DNA of 64,000 nucleotides from a plasmid: NCBI RefSeq assembly GCF_058153355.1, contig NZ_JBLWLY010000002.1; one strand, 5' to 3'. Shown piece by piece: positions 1 to 12,703 of this stretch (position 1 is its first letter; each line of letters starts with the position of its first letter). The notes under the pieces were generated by a model. It saw only the letters and a program-made list of their open reading frames with translations, ran no database searches and was not told where the DNA came from. The position numbers and the translations under genes were made by a program.

Positions 1-2
1 GC

Positions 3-362
3 GTGTCGGGAGTGACAGCAAATGACCTCCGCACTGCCGAAGCCATGGTCAGAAGCCGTGAAGAGAATGAATTTACGGACTGGTTCTCCCTCTGGGGACC
101 ATGGCATGCTGTACTGAAGCGTACGGAAGCTGACCGCTGGGCGCAGGCAGAAGAGCAGAAATATGAGATGCTGGAGAATGAGTACCCTCAGAGGGTGGCT
201 GACCGGCTGAAAGCATCAGGTCTGAGCGGTGATGCGGATGCGGAGAGGGAAGCCGGTGCACAGGTGATGCGTGAGACTGAACAGCAGATTTACCGTCAGC
301 TGACTGACGAGGTACTGGCCCTGCGATTGTCTGAAAACGGCTCACAACTGCACCATTCATAA
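3..362 (+). CDS. ipaH: IpaH-family E3 ubiquitin ligase effector, C-terminal 119 aa only (gene begins upstream of window)
   Basis: ORF-track protein is the same as the last 119 aa of the full IpaH ORF at 13672..15402; conserved IpaH C-terminal domain. Confidence 0.85.
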   Translation: MSGVTANDLRTAEAMVRSREENEFTDWFSLWGPWHAVLKRTEADRWAQAEEQKYEMLENEYPQRVADRLKASGLSGDADAEREAGAQVMRETEQQIYRQLTDEVLALRLSENGSQLHHS

Positions 363-422
363 TCACATCGCATAAACCGCAGACCGGACTGACTCCGGAA
401 TAAATATCCTCCGGCATAGCCC

Positions 423-3645
<3,223 letters not shown>

Positions 3646-4164
3646 GTGATTTATTTCCTGAACCTGCAAGGTTTAAAGGTGAAGTTACGCCTCAGCAACT
3701 GGATAGTGCCAGAAAAACCGGTTACCTGCATATCAAAGACTGTAATTGTGTTTTTCTTTTACTGCCAGATCGCGCTCATCCATATGAAATTCTGTTTTCC
3801 CGCACCTGTCCCCATCTTCGCACTTTCGAAAGTATGAAAAATCCGTTTCAGGTGTCTCTGGCTGGAAATCCGTGCGTGATTCGCCTTGTTGCACAGGTAT
3901 GCATGTGGTTAAAATTTATCATACGCGATCGCGGCGGTTTTTCGGGTGGTTTGTTGCTATTTTTACCTGTCTGCTGCCGTGATCACACTGAACGCATTCT
4001 GGCGGTGCATACAATTAAGATATTACGTTAAATCGCAAGGGAATGGTCCCCATATACCAACCCTATCATACGGATAGGGTTGGTAGTGGGTCGAGTGGGT
4101 TTCGGCGTTGTTTCCGTTAATTGCCAATTGCATTTTTGTTTTTGATGCAACAGAAGGCGTGAGA

Positions 4165-4455
4165 TTATCCTGAGCCGGGAAAGGCTAATTGTTTAGAGTT
4201 GATGGCAAAATATCTTCCGTCCGTTTTTAGTTGTTGTTTGGCTGTCTCCCTGGTGGGGTTGTTACAAACTTCTTGAATTTGTAATTTTTGCAGGATTCTT
4301 ATTACTGCGTTATCATGTTCCAGTTCTTTAGGCGAGTGTATTATTCTCTCTTTTAACAAGCTGTTTATCACCGAGTTTAGTTGTTGTCTAAAACACGCAG
4401 ATAATGCCATTGCTACGCAAATTTTTCCCGAGGAAGCATGTCTGGCAGGGTGCAT
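4165..4455 (-). CDS. hypothetical 96-aa protein downstream of ospG (unrecognised)
   Basis: ORF only; no recognisable motif; no clear RBS. Confidence 0.25.
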   Translation of the reverse strand: MHPARHASSGKICVAMALSACFRQQLNSVINSLLKERIIHSPKELEHDNAVIRILQKLQIQEVCNNPTRETAKQQLKTDGRYFAINSKQLAFPGSG

Positions 4456-4520
4456 CGTGTTTGATGTGATATGTCTCTTCTCATAGAAGAGACTCTGGCT
4501 TATATCATCAACAAATACGG

Positions 4521-5111
4521 CTATAAATATTTCCTGTTTAATAACGAATAAAAATCATTTGTACGCATTTGTAATCGTTGGTCGATAATCTCTTTATCAT
4601 TTTTGGTTGCAGCGTAATATTCAGCATAAATATTGCGAAAATCTATTGGGAATAAACTTTCACTTTCTTTATCATACAGCATATTACCTGTATTAAGATC
4701 GTAATGGATTATACTCAACTCATTCAATTTACATATCAACTGCAGATAAAGGCTCTCTATATTATCAGGAATATCAGCTGTATCAATGTCACTAAGGGGA
4801 GTCCCAGGCACGCGCAGCATTCGGAGGTACACATCTCCGCCATACTCTATAACAACGGATGCTTCATCGCCATAAAAAACATTAAAGAGCTCAGATTCTT
4901 GCCAAGCCATTTCCAGAATCTCATTGTACTGGTTGCCAATAAGATCATACTTTTTATATAAAGCAGATGAATCATTCACATCTTCAAAGATTTCTGCTGT
5001 CGACCCCTGACCTATTAACTTACCGAGAATGGGCTCCGTTACTATGCCAGCATGAGAATTATTATTCTCAAATGGAAAAGGTGTTTGAATAATGGTAGAT
5101 GTTATTTTCAT
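4521..5111 (-). CDS. ospG: T3SS effector kinase OspG
   Basis: 196 aa; glycine-rich loop GQGSTAEIF and catalytic-loop-like HYDLNTGN; size and sequence fit recalled OspG. Confidence 0.8.
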   Translation of the reverse strand: MKITSTIIQTPFPFENNNSHAGIVTEPILGKLIGQGSTAEIFEDVNDSSALYKKYDLIGNQYNEILEMAWQESELFNVFYGDEASVVIEYGGDVYLRMLRVPGTPLSDIDTADIPDNIESLYLQLICKLNELSIIHYDLNTGNMLYDKESESLFPIDFRNIYAEYYAATKNDKEIIDQRLQMRTNDFYSLLNRKYL

Positions 5112-5328
5112 GTCATACCTTTGTTACGATATTTAAAAATCACAAGAGATTTTCACACAAAATAACGTTACACGCTACCTTGTGTGGTCCAGATTGCACG
5201 AAAAATAGTCTGACCAGTGAGTTTGTAACGAATTTCGTACTCACCAGCTAAAATCCGTCATCTCATCATTATTCATGGTTCAGACATCCCTCTATGGCCA
5301 CTTCTGTGCTGTATGCAACACACGCAGA

Positions 5329-5515
5329 ATGATCCTACCCACGTAATATGGACACAGGCCTAAGCGAGGTTCTGATTTTCAAATTGTTCCGGACTGAGGC
5401 CGCCACACCAACTTTTGTTATTCCCTTGGGACGAATGCTGTTTCCACTGGAATATACCCCTAGAACCAGTCCCAGAAAAGCCATGAGCTGTTTGGGATTG
5501 GAAAATGAGTCAGGT
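5329..5515 (-). mobile_element. IS3-family right-end remnant
   Basis: First about 70 bp nearly the same as the IS3 right end at 34427; interrupted by IS600 at 5516. Confidence 0.5.
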
Positions 5516-5558
5516 TGAGGTGTACTGGCAATAGCGGACACCACCATTTGTTCTTTTT

Positions 5559-6377
5559 CTAAGCAGTCATCTGATAATATTTTATCCTGAAGGCTGCCGG
5601 GGAGATATTCCCCAGACGAGAGTGACGACGCTGACGATTGTAGAAAATCTCAATGTATTCCCGTATTACTGAGATGGCTTCATCCCGGCTCTTAAAACGA
5701 TAGTGGCTCAGGCTTTCATTTTTCAGCGTTCCCCAGAAGCTTTCCATCGGAGCGTTGTCGTAACAGTTACCTTTACGCGACATTGATGTTTTCAGACCAG
5801 ACTGCTCCTGTATGACCCGGTAATCGTATGCGCAGTACTGTGAACCTCGCTCGGAGTGGTGGATTAGCCCGGCAGGTGGGCGCTGGCTCCTGAGCGCCAT
5901 AAACAGGGCTTTACCCGTCAACTCTTTCGTCATGCGCTCTCCCGTGGCGTAACCGACAATTTCGCACGTATAAACATCTTTGACGCCGGCGAGATACAGC
6001 CATCCTTTCCGGGTGGCAACATACGTTATATCTGCGACCCAGACCTGATTAGGTGCTGTGGGCGTAAAGTTCTGATTCAGCAGATTCGGCGTAACCGGCA
6101 GATTGTGGTCAGAGTTTGTGGTCGCCCTGAACTTGCGTTTCTGCTTACAGTGCAGCCTCAGCTCCTTACGAAGACGTGCCAGTCTGTCACGACCGACGAT
6201 AATTCCGTTATCTGCCAGCTCCGTCTGGAGCCGCCGGGTTCCATATGTTTCGCGAGTGCGGATATGTGCCACCTTAATCTCCAGTTTTAGCCGCTCATCA
6301 CTTTGTTTTCTGTCTGAGGGGGCATGCTGTACCCAGTCGTAATAACCGCTCCTGGATACACCAGGTACCCGACACAT
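5559..6377 (-). CDS. IS600 OrfB transposase (DDE integrase domain)
   Basis: 272 aa; same protein as ORF 11885..12703. Confidence 0.9.
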   Translation of the reverse strand: MCRVPGVSRSGYYDWVQHAPSDRKQSDERLKLEIKVAHIRTRETYGTRRLQTELADNGIIVGRDRLARLRKELRLHCKQKRKFRATTNSDHNLPVTPNLLNQNFTPTAPNQVWVADITYVATRKGWLYLAGVKDVYTCEIVGYATGERMTKELTGKALFMALRSQRPPAGLIHHSERGSQYCAYDYRVIQEQSGLKTSMSRKGNCYDNAPMESFWGTLKNESLSHYRFKSRDEAISVIREYIEIFYNRQRRHSRLGNISPAAFRIKYYQMTA

Positions 6378-6412
6378 CGCTTCAACAGGGAATTGTTGTC
6401 GCCATTGTTCGA

Positions 6413-6704
6413 CTAACGCGTATTTTTCAGCGACTCCCGGGCAAAATACGCTGTTGCTTTTTTTAATATATCTCGCTCAAGTCGTGCTTCATTTAAAGCC
6501 TTACGCAGTTGCATAACTTCCAGCCACTGTGCGGGAGCCAGGTGTATTGAGCCCTTTTCTTGCGGCGGTAACCCATTGTCCTAAAGTGCCTTCAGGAACA
6601 GATAATCGGGAAGCGCCTTCACTGAGCGAAAGCTGATTTTCAGGAACCGTTTTGACGGCTTCGGCTTTAAACTCCGTAGAGTAACGTTGGGTTTTTCTGC
6701 TCAT
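6413..6704 (-). pseudogene. IS600 orfA with internal frameshift
   Basis: 67-aa ORF stops early; remaining orfA sequence (LRKALNEARLERDILKKATAYFA) continues in another frame. Confidence 0.6.
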
Positions 6705-6769
6705 TATTGGCTCCTTCTGATGCCATTCTATTTCAGGAAGGAGTGTCCGTTAAACTCAGGCTACCTCAC

Positions 6770-7058
6770 GCTTCAGGCGGGCATTTTCAGCGGCCAGTTC
6801 ACTTTCACGCTCAGACGAGGTCATCTGTTGCTGCAGTTTGCTGCGCCACGCATAGAGCTGAGATTCATACAGGCTGAGTTCACGGGCTGCGGCAGCAACA
6901 CCGATGCGTTCAGCAAGCTTCAGGGCTTCACTGCGAAATTCAGGCGAATGCTGTTTACGTGTTTTTTTGCTGGTTGATATTGTTTTTGTCATGTGAGTCA
7001 CCTCTGACTGAGAGTTTACTCACTTAGCCGCGTGTCCACTATTGCTGGGTAAGATCAC
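6770..7058 (-). mobile_element. IS3 left-end fragment including orfA N-terminal 80 codons, cut by IS600
   Basis: IS3 terminal sequence tgatcttacccagcaatagtggacac (reverse complement) ends at 7058; ORF 6756..7001 is IS3 OrfA-like. Confidence 0.8.
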
Positions 7059-7495
7059 TAACAATCAGAAAAAATAATGCTTTTAGCCAGTACGCTTTAT
7101 AACCCCGTCCTTCAGGGCGGAGTTATAAGGCGCATTTTTCTGCATGACGGTTTTTGTTTAAGATGGTGACATGAAACGACTACAAACCTTCAAATTCCAG
7201 TTAAAGCCAGATGGTCAACAGGAGCGTGAAATAAGACTATGCAGAGTAAAACGGGGCTTTTGTGGTCGAGATCGTACTTTGTCTGTAGCACTGGAGGGGC
7301 AACGATTGAAACGCTCAGAGTCTACGTTCAGAGTCAGTCAACACCTGATTGATCTTTAAAGCCCTGCGGGCTTTTCGCCTTATATCCCCGCCCGCATTGG
7401 GCGAGGGGTTACGGCGTTTTCGCTAAAAAATAGTCGTAACGTGGTTTGTTTTCCGAATTCCAAGCGGCCCCCTTGTAGGACAAGGGGCCGCAGGT

Positions 7496-7517
7496 CCATC
7501 AAACGATCGTTTGATGG
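7496..7517. promoter_or_regulatory. 22-bp perfect palindrome CCATCAAACGATCGTTTGATGG upstream of parD
   Basis: Seen directly; about 75 bp upstream of parD start. Confidence 0.4.
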
Positions 7518-7592
7518 AGAAGGTTGTCTGATAGCTTCATTTATACATATGTGCTAATGTGGGTTTGTGTATTTTAAAGGAGATGCGCCTAT

Positions 7593-7844
7593 ATGAGCCG
7601 CCTGACCATTGACATAACAGACCAGCAGCATCAGAGCCTGAAAGCACTGGCTGCCCTGCAAGGTAAGACCATCAAACAATACGCTCTCGAACGTTTGTTC
7701 CCTGGTGATGCAGATGCTGATCAGGCATGGCAGGAACTGAAAAAAATACTGGGAAACCGTATTAACGGTGGGCTGGAGGGGAACGTTTCTACCAAAAGTA
7801 TCGGAGACATTCTTGATGACGAACTGAGCAGAGATCGTGTGTGA
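7593..7844 (+). CDS. parD: ParD antitoxin (ribbon-helix-helix), RK2 parDE type
   Basis: 83 aa; closely matches recalled RK2 ParD. Confidence 0.85.
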   Translation: MSRLTIDITDQQHQSLKALAALQGKTIKQYALERLFPGDADADQAWQELKKILGNRINGGLEGNVSTKSIGDILDDELSRDRV

Positions 7845-8158
7845 CCACCTATATACTTACAACTGATGCGGAAGCCGACTTGCGAGGCATCATCCGCTAC
7901 ACGCGTAAACAGTGGGGGGCCGCACAAGTTCGTCGCTATATTGCAAGGCTGGAACATGGTATTGCAGATCTTGCTGCCGGGCGAGGTTCCTTCAGGGATA
8001 TGAGCGAACTCTTTCCTGAATTACGGATGATACACTGTGAACATCATTATGTTTTTTGTCTGCCACGCGGGAGTGAGCCTGCACTAGTTGTTGCGATTTT
8101 TCATGAACGCATGGATCTCATGACCCGGCTGAGCGAGAGGCTCAACATCGAAAGTTAA
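7841..8158 (+). CDS. parE: ParE toxin (RelE/ParE superfamily)
   Basis: 105 aa; 4-nt overlap with parD; ParE-like N-terminus. Confidence 0.85.
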   Translation: MTTYILTTDAEADLRGIIRYTRKQWGAAQVRRYIARLEHGIADLAAGRGSFRDMSELFPELRMIHCEHHYVFCLPRGSEPALVVAIFHERMDLMTRLSERLNIES

Positions 8159-8420
8159 CGGTTAATGAAGTCTAGGCCAGCTTCAACACTTCATCCAGCC
8201 GGGTAATCGGGTAATGTTTAACTGCGGCATCGTTTATGTGGTCACATTGGCCGGAATATCAATTTATGGTTTCGCAGAGGTATACCCCAATGTGACAGGC
8301 TGACGCGCCCGTCGGGCTTGTCCAACCCCTCGCCTGTCCAGAAACAAGTTCTGTACAGACTCACGGTTTGCGCTGTGGGTCAAAACATTAAATACGATCA
8401 CCAGAAATACTCAATATGTG

Positions 8421-8436
8421 ATTTCGCATGCGAAAT
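8421..8436. promoter_or_regulatory. Palindrome copy 1 ATTTCGCATGCGAAAT, candidate KorB/ParB-like operator
   Basis: Perfect 16-bp palindrome 17 bp upstream of a predicted -35. Confidence 0.6.
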
Positions 8437-8452
8437 TTATTGCATATCATTA

Positions 8453-8480
8453 TTGATACTTAATAGTTTATCTGTATACT
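8453..8480 (+). promoter_or_regulatory. Predicted sigma70 promoter (TTGATA, 16-nt spacer, TATACT) for the incC/korB-like operon
   Basis: Near-consensus hexamers with 16-nt spacing. Confidence 0.4.
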
Positions 8481-8637
8481 GTTTATGTCGTCATGAAAGT
8501 ACGACAAAAACGCAGTAGCAGATAGCTGCTTCTGCATCTGGCGAAACGCCTGACTCACAGGAGTGTGTATGAAATACCACGATGAATTCTTTTCATTACT
8601 GAAATACCCTTTTAAGCCGTGCCGCCCCTTCTCAAAC

Positions 8638-8653
8638 ATTTCGCATGCGAAAT
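8638..8653. promoter_or_regulatory. Palindrome copy 2, overlapping first in-frame ATG of the ParA-like ORF
   Basis: Perfect 16-bp palindrome. Confidence 0.6.
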
Positions 8654-8668
8654 CTTAAGGACTGTTAC

Positions 8669-9535
8669 ATGACACTGAAAATCGGACCTATCGGCAAACT
8701 TATCGTTGTATGTAGTCAGAAGGGCGGAATCGTTAAATCGCAGTCATCCAGTGAAATCGCACATGACCTTCGTAAAGCTGGTTTCCGTGTGCTTGAAATT
8801 GATATGGACTGGACAACTGGTCTGACGGAGAGGGCTTTCCCTGACAGATTACCTTACGAGATAGAACGCGAACCTTTAAGTAACAGTTTTACACCCGGTG
8901 AAGCGAATACATATCAGCTTTTCTTTTCTGAAACAGATATTCGACCGATTGAGCTTCCTGGCGGGCGCTTCTTTATCGGTGCTACCAGTGAACTGAATGA
9001 AATTAACTACCGAAACAGCGACTGCATGTTCGACTTCAGGGACCGTATTGAAGAACTGAAGAATCAGTTTGATTTTATTATTGCTGATTCAGCGCCATCT
9101 TATTCAAATGTTATGATCGCAGCGCATATGTCAGCTGATTATCTTCTGATCCCTACCCTGCTGGAGAAGCAGGCCCGTAATGCAGTTGGTAAACAGCTTA
9201 CTTATATGCAGAAAATTAAGCGGAACTACAATCCTTCGCTGCAGTTCATGGGGACTTATGTGACCCAGACGCAGGTAAAAAATTATAAAAAGCCACTTAA
9301 AGAAGGATATCTGGGGCCTATTGATACGCTGAATCTGAATCTCCTCATCGAGATCCTTCAGGGAAAAGGTTACTCTGAAGAATACATTCTTGCCTATATA
9401 TCATTTGTACCTGCTGCTGCAAAAGAAGCGATCGAACTTGGTCTCTCCTTTGATGAATATGACCCCAAGTGTCTTCCTGCAATTCAGTATAAAGAACTTA
9501 CCCGGAAAATTATTCTGCTTGCAGGAGGTAAGTAA
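8669..9535 (+). CDS. ParA/IncC-like partition ATPase, small type without N-terminal HTH
   Basis: Deviant Walker A KGGIVKS at residues about 16-22 (fits KGGxxK[ST]); start could instead be 8645. Confidence 0.75.
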   Translation: MTLKIGPIGKLIVVCSQKGGIVKSQSSSEIAHDLRKAGFRVLEIDMDWTTGLTERAFPDRLPYEIEREPLSNSFTPGEANTYQLFFSETDIRPIELPGGRFFIGATSELNEINYRNSDCMFDFRDRIEELKNQFDFIIADSAPSYSNVMIAAHMSADYLLIPTLLEKQARNAVGKQLTYMQKIKRNYNPSLQFMGTYVTQTQVKNYKKPLKEGYLGPIDTLNLNLLIEILQGKGYSEEYILAYISFVPAAAKEAIELGLSFDEYDPKCLPAIQYKELTRKIILLAGGK

Positions 9536-10566
9536 TGGCCAAGAAACCGTTTATGAGACGACTCCAGGAGCAGCAGGAAATGAAAAAAAATGCTTCTGTT
9601 GTTTCTGATATTGAACAGGTCATTGCAAATAAACAACCAGATGAGCAGAACCATGATATGGCTGCGCACCAGATTATGGCGGATATTGCCCGTCCGGATA
9701 TCGAACCTGATGGACAGATAATCCGTGTCGATATAAATTTGGTTTATGCTGAAGAACAAGTGCGACCTGAAGAAGACTTCGAAGAAGATATTATCGATGG
9801 TATGGCTGATACCTTCGAAACGATAGGGATGCTTACCCCGCCTCGTTGTTATCCTCGCGACAGACGTGGTTACCAGATATGGTTAGGTGAAACGCGAGTT
9901 CGTACTGCTCGCAAACGTGGTGATACCCATATAGATATTTATGTTGGCAAACCACCACGGGAAAGAAAAGAACGCATCATCGGTCAGCTCATTGAAAACC
10001 TGCAGCAGTCAGGTTTAAAACCATTAGCGACCGCAAAATCGTTCTATGAGCTCAAACATCAGTTCAATATGACGGGTGAACAGATCGCAAAAACGATGGG
10101 TAAGCCTACCTCATTTGTCAGTAAACACCTTCGTCTCATTGATGCACCGGAAAATGTCACTGCCCTTTTCCGGGATAAAGTCACATCCGATGTCGATCTG
10201 GCATACACATTAATACAGGTAAGTGAAAAGTCTCCCGAAGAGGCCGAGAAGCTTATCGCGGCTGCGCGGGAGTCAGGTATTTCACGTGCGCAGGTTAAAG
10301 CTGTTCTTGATGCAGTTAAGAACAGAAGCAAAGGTGAGATTTCGCATGCGAAATCTAAGGCTCAGAACAAAAAAACAACCAAGCCTTCGGGCAGCAATTC
10401 TGATGTAAAAACCTGGCAGGTTGTTGTCGAGATAGACGGTCAGCAAGGGGTAATAATGACTGACCGTGCGCCAGACGAAGCTGGGTATGTGTGGGTTAAA
10501 ATGGAAATTGGTGAGATTTCAGTTGAGGCTTCTGAACTACGCGTCAAAGGGATGCGCTGTCAGTGA
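9535..10566 (+). CDS. ParB-family protein with KorB-like HTH and C-terminal domain
   Basis: 343 aa; ParB motif GETRVRTARKRG; HTH segment resembles recalled RK2 KorB; RBS AGGAGG; 1-nt overlap with upstream gene. Confidence 0.75.
   Translation: MAKKPFMRRLQEQQEMKKNASVVSDIEQVIANKQPDEQNHDMAAHQIMADIARPDIEPDGQIIRVDINLVYAEEQVRPEEDFEEDIIDGMADTFETIGMLTPPRCYPRDRRGYQIWLGETRVRTARKRGDTHIDIYVGKPPRERKERIIGQLIENLQQSGLKPLATAKSFYELKHQFNMTGEQIAKTMGKPTSFVSKHLRLIDAPENVTALFRDKVTSDVDLAYTLIQVSEKSPEEAEKLIAAARESGISRAQVKAVLDAVKNRSKGEISHAKSKAQNKKTTKPSGSNSDVKTWQVVVEIDGQQGVIMTDRAPDEAGYVWVKMEIGEISVEASELRVKGMRCQ
10339..10354. promoter_or_regulatory. Palindrome copy 3, inside the 3' part of the ParB-like gene
   Basis: Perfect palindrome, 20 bp with flanks. 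Confidence 0.6.
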
Positions 10567-11003
10567 TGAAATCAACCCCGTTCACCGAAATGGCCACGGC
10601 ATTCCGTGGCCAAATTGTCCGCCTCTGGACGCTTCGATATCCCGGTACGCAATCCGAAGCAGCTGCCGCATTAACAGAAGCAGCTATCAATCTGGGATAT
10701 GTTACAAGAAACAGGCCAGTACCCGGCGCGGCGTTACTTTCATGGGCTTCTAATCCAGCTGAAACTCCGTTATGGGCAGCTCAGACGGCGTTAGCATTGA
10801 TGTTCAGTATCGGCTGGAAGCCAGAAAGAAACCAAGACTGGTGTGGTATGTCAGCGCTGATTTTCAGAGCTAATCGTACACTTCCACTTGAGCAGTTAGT
10901 TGCTTCCTTGCCTGATAGCATAGACAGGCAAGTTGCTATCGGATGGTTCGTGGCAGCAATTGAAGAGGATGCCAGCTACCGTTACAACAGGAAATCTACA
11001 TGA
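10566..11003 (+). CDS. hypothetical protein, third gene of the operon
   Basis: ATGA overlap with ParB-like stop; no recognised domain. Confidence 0.5.
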   Translation: MKSTPFTEMATAFRGQIVRLWTLRYPGTQSEAAAALTEAAINLGYVTRNRPVPGAALLSWASNPAETPLWAAQTALALMFSIGWKPERNQDWCGMSALIFRANRTLPLEQLVASLPDSIDRQVAIGWFVAAIEEDASYRYNRKST

Positions 11004-11323
11004 CCTTTCAAGAGCTTGATGCTTGTATCGCAGGCTCTGGCAGACGTTCTATCGCTTCTGCATTAATCGCTTTTATTCTTGATGCGCTTGATGACGGACA
11101 GGACGGAGTAGATCTTGATACCTTCCAGAGCCATACGCGCTTCGTTCGTAATAATGTAACCACGGTAGCCAGTTACCTGCAGCTACATGGAATTATTCAT
11201 ATACTGTATTACCGTGATGGTGCTGCAGAACGTCAGTATGAGTCCGTTAATAATTACGGGCGGTGGGCAAAGCAGTACTATCGTCCTTCTGAGGTTCTTA
11301 AACAGCTGCATCGACGTGGTTAA
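11000..11323 (+). CDS. hypothetical protein, fourth gene of the operon
   Basis: 107 aa; ATGA overlap with upstream gene; no recognised domain. Confidence 0.5.
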   Translation: MTFQELDACIAGSGRRSIASALIAFILDALDDGQDGVDLDTFQSHTRFVRNNVTTVASYLQLHGIIHILYYRDGAAERQYESVNNYGRWAKQYYRPSEVLKQLHRRG

Positions 11324-11331
11324 ATCAAAAG

Positions 11332-11347
11332 ATTTCGCATGCGAAAT
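11332..11347. promoter_or_regulatory. Palindrome copy 4, just downstream of the operon
   Basis: Perfect 16-bp palindrome. Confidence 0.6.
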
Positions 11348-11557
11348 CTCTCGGTGACAGATCATCTTATCATTGCCATCGGGAGATCATTCCAGCGCGT
11401 TGTGTACGCAGGGGAAAGCATTTCTCGTTTCATTTGCCACTCAGGAGCAATGCCCCGGCCTGCAAACCACACTTTCCCAGGCCTGAATGGTTATGAGGTA
11501 GCCTGAGTTTAACGGACACTCCTTCCTGAAATAGAATGGCATCAGAAGGAGCCAATA

Positions 11558-11848
11558 ATGAGCAGAAAAACCCAACGTTACTCTACGGAGTTTAAAGCCG
11601 AAGCCGTCAAAACGGTTCCTGAAAATCAGCTTTCGCTCAGTGAAGGCGCTTCCCGATTATCTGTTCCTGAAGGCACTTTAGGACAATGGGTTACCGCCGC
11701 AAGAAAAGGGCTCAATACACCTGGCTCCCGCACAGTGGCTGGAAGTTATGCAACTGCGTAAGGCTTTAAATGAAGCACGACTTGAGCGAGATATATTAAA
11801 AAAAGCAACAGCGTATTTTGCCCGGGAGTCGCTGAAAAATACGCGTTA
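11558..11848 (+). pseudogene. IS600 orfA with the same frameshift as copy 1
   Basis: 67-aa ORF same as in copy 1. Confidence 0.6.
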
Positions 11849-11884
11849 GTCGAACAATGGCGACAACAATTCCCTGTTGAAGCG

Positions 11885-12703
11885 ATGTGTCGGGTACCTG
11901 GTGTATCCAGGAGCGGTTATTACGACTGGGTACAGCATGCCCCCTCAGACAGAAAACAAAGTGATGAGCGGCTAAAACTGGAGATTAAGGTGGCACATAT
12001 CCGCACTCGCGAAACATATGGAACCCGGCGGCTCCAGACGGAGCTGGCAGATAACGGAATTATCGTCGGTCGTGACAGACTGGCACGTCTTCGTAAGGAG
12101 CTGAGGCTGCACTGTAAGCAGAAACGCAAGTTCAGGGCGACCACAAACTCTGACCACAATCTGCCGGTTACGCCGAATCTGCTGAATCAGAACTTTACGC
12201 CCACAGCACCTAATCAGGTCTGGGTCGCAGATATAACGTATGTTGCCACCCGGAAAGGATGGCTGTATCTCGCCGGCGTCAAAGATGTTTATACGTGCGA
12301 AATTGTCGGTTACGCCACGGGAGAGCGCATGACGAAAGAGTTGACGGGTAAAGCCCTGTTTATGGCGCTCAGGAGCCAGCGCCCACCTGCCGGGCTAATC
12401 CACCACTCCGAGCGAGGTTCACAGTACTGCGCATACGATTACCGGGTCATACAGGAGCAGTCTGGTCTGAAAACATCAATGTCGCGTAAAGGTAACTGTT
12501 ACGACAACGCTCCGATGGAAAGCTTCTGGGGAACGCTGAAAAATGAAAGCCTGAGCCACTATCGTTTTAAGAGCCGGGATGAAGCCATCTCAGTAATACG
12601 GGAATACATTGAGATTTTCTACAATCGTCAGCGTCGTCACTCTCGTCTGGGGAATATCTCCCCGGCAGCCTTCAGGATAAAATATTATCAGATGACTGCT
12701 TAG
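11885..12703 (+). CDS. IS600 OrfB transposase
   Basis: 272 aa, same as copy 1. Confidence 0.9.
   Translation: MCRVPGVSRSGYYDWVQHAPSDRKQSDERLKLEIKVAHIRTRETYGTRRLQTELADNGIIVGRDRLARLRKELRLHCKQKRKFRATTNSDHNLPVTPNLLNQNFTPTAPNQVWVADITYVATRKGWLYLAGVKDVYTCEIVGYATGERMTKELTGKALFMALRSQRPPAGLIHHSERGSQYCAYDYRVIQEQSGLKTSMSRKGNCYDNAPMESFWGTLKNESLSHYRFKSRDEAISVIREYIEIFYNRQRRHSRLGNISPAAFRIKYYQMTA

Larger units (their letters stand above)
5516..6769 (-). mobile_element. IS600 (IS3 family) copy 1
   Basis: Ends tgaggtgtactggcaatagcggacacc (5516) and ctcaggctacctca (6769); orfA/orfB pair. Confidence 0.85.

Noticed and set aside
73-417. 114-aa ORF on the minus strand; the same protein recurs at 13668..13961
   Set aside because: Antisense to the conserved ipaH 3' coding region; recurs only because ipaH is duplicated.
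3646-4031. Extension of the IS1 insB-like ORF to 225 aa
   Set aside because: Read-through past the point where IS1 similarity ends; not treated as coding. The 27-bp hairpin at about 4059..4085 is noted only.
5112-5330. Searched for MxiE-box-like sequence upstream of ospG, and likewise upstream of ipaH at 15403..15480
   Set aside because: Only partial resemblance (ACGATATTTAAAAATCA); not enough to call without alignment.
8572-8661. 29-codon ORF with an RBS ending over the second palindrome
   Set aside because: Too short and unsupported; the shared ISHAKS peptide is forced by the palindrome sequence.
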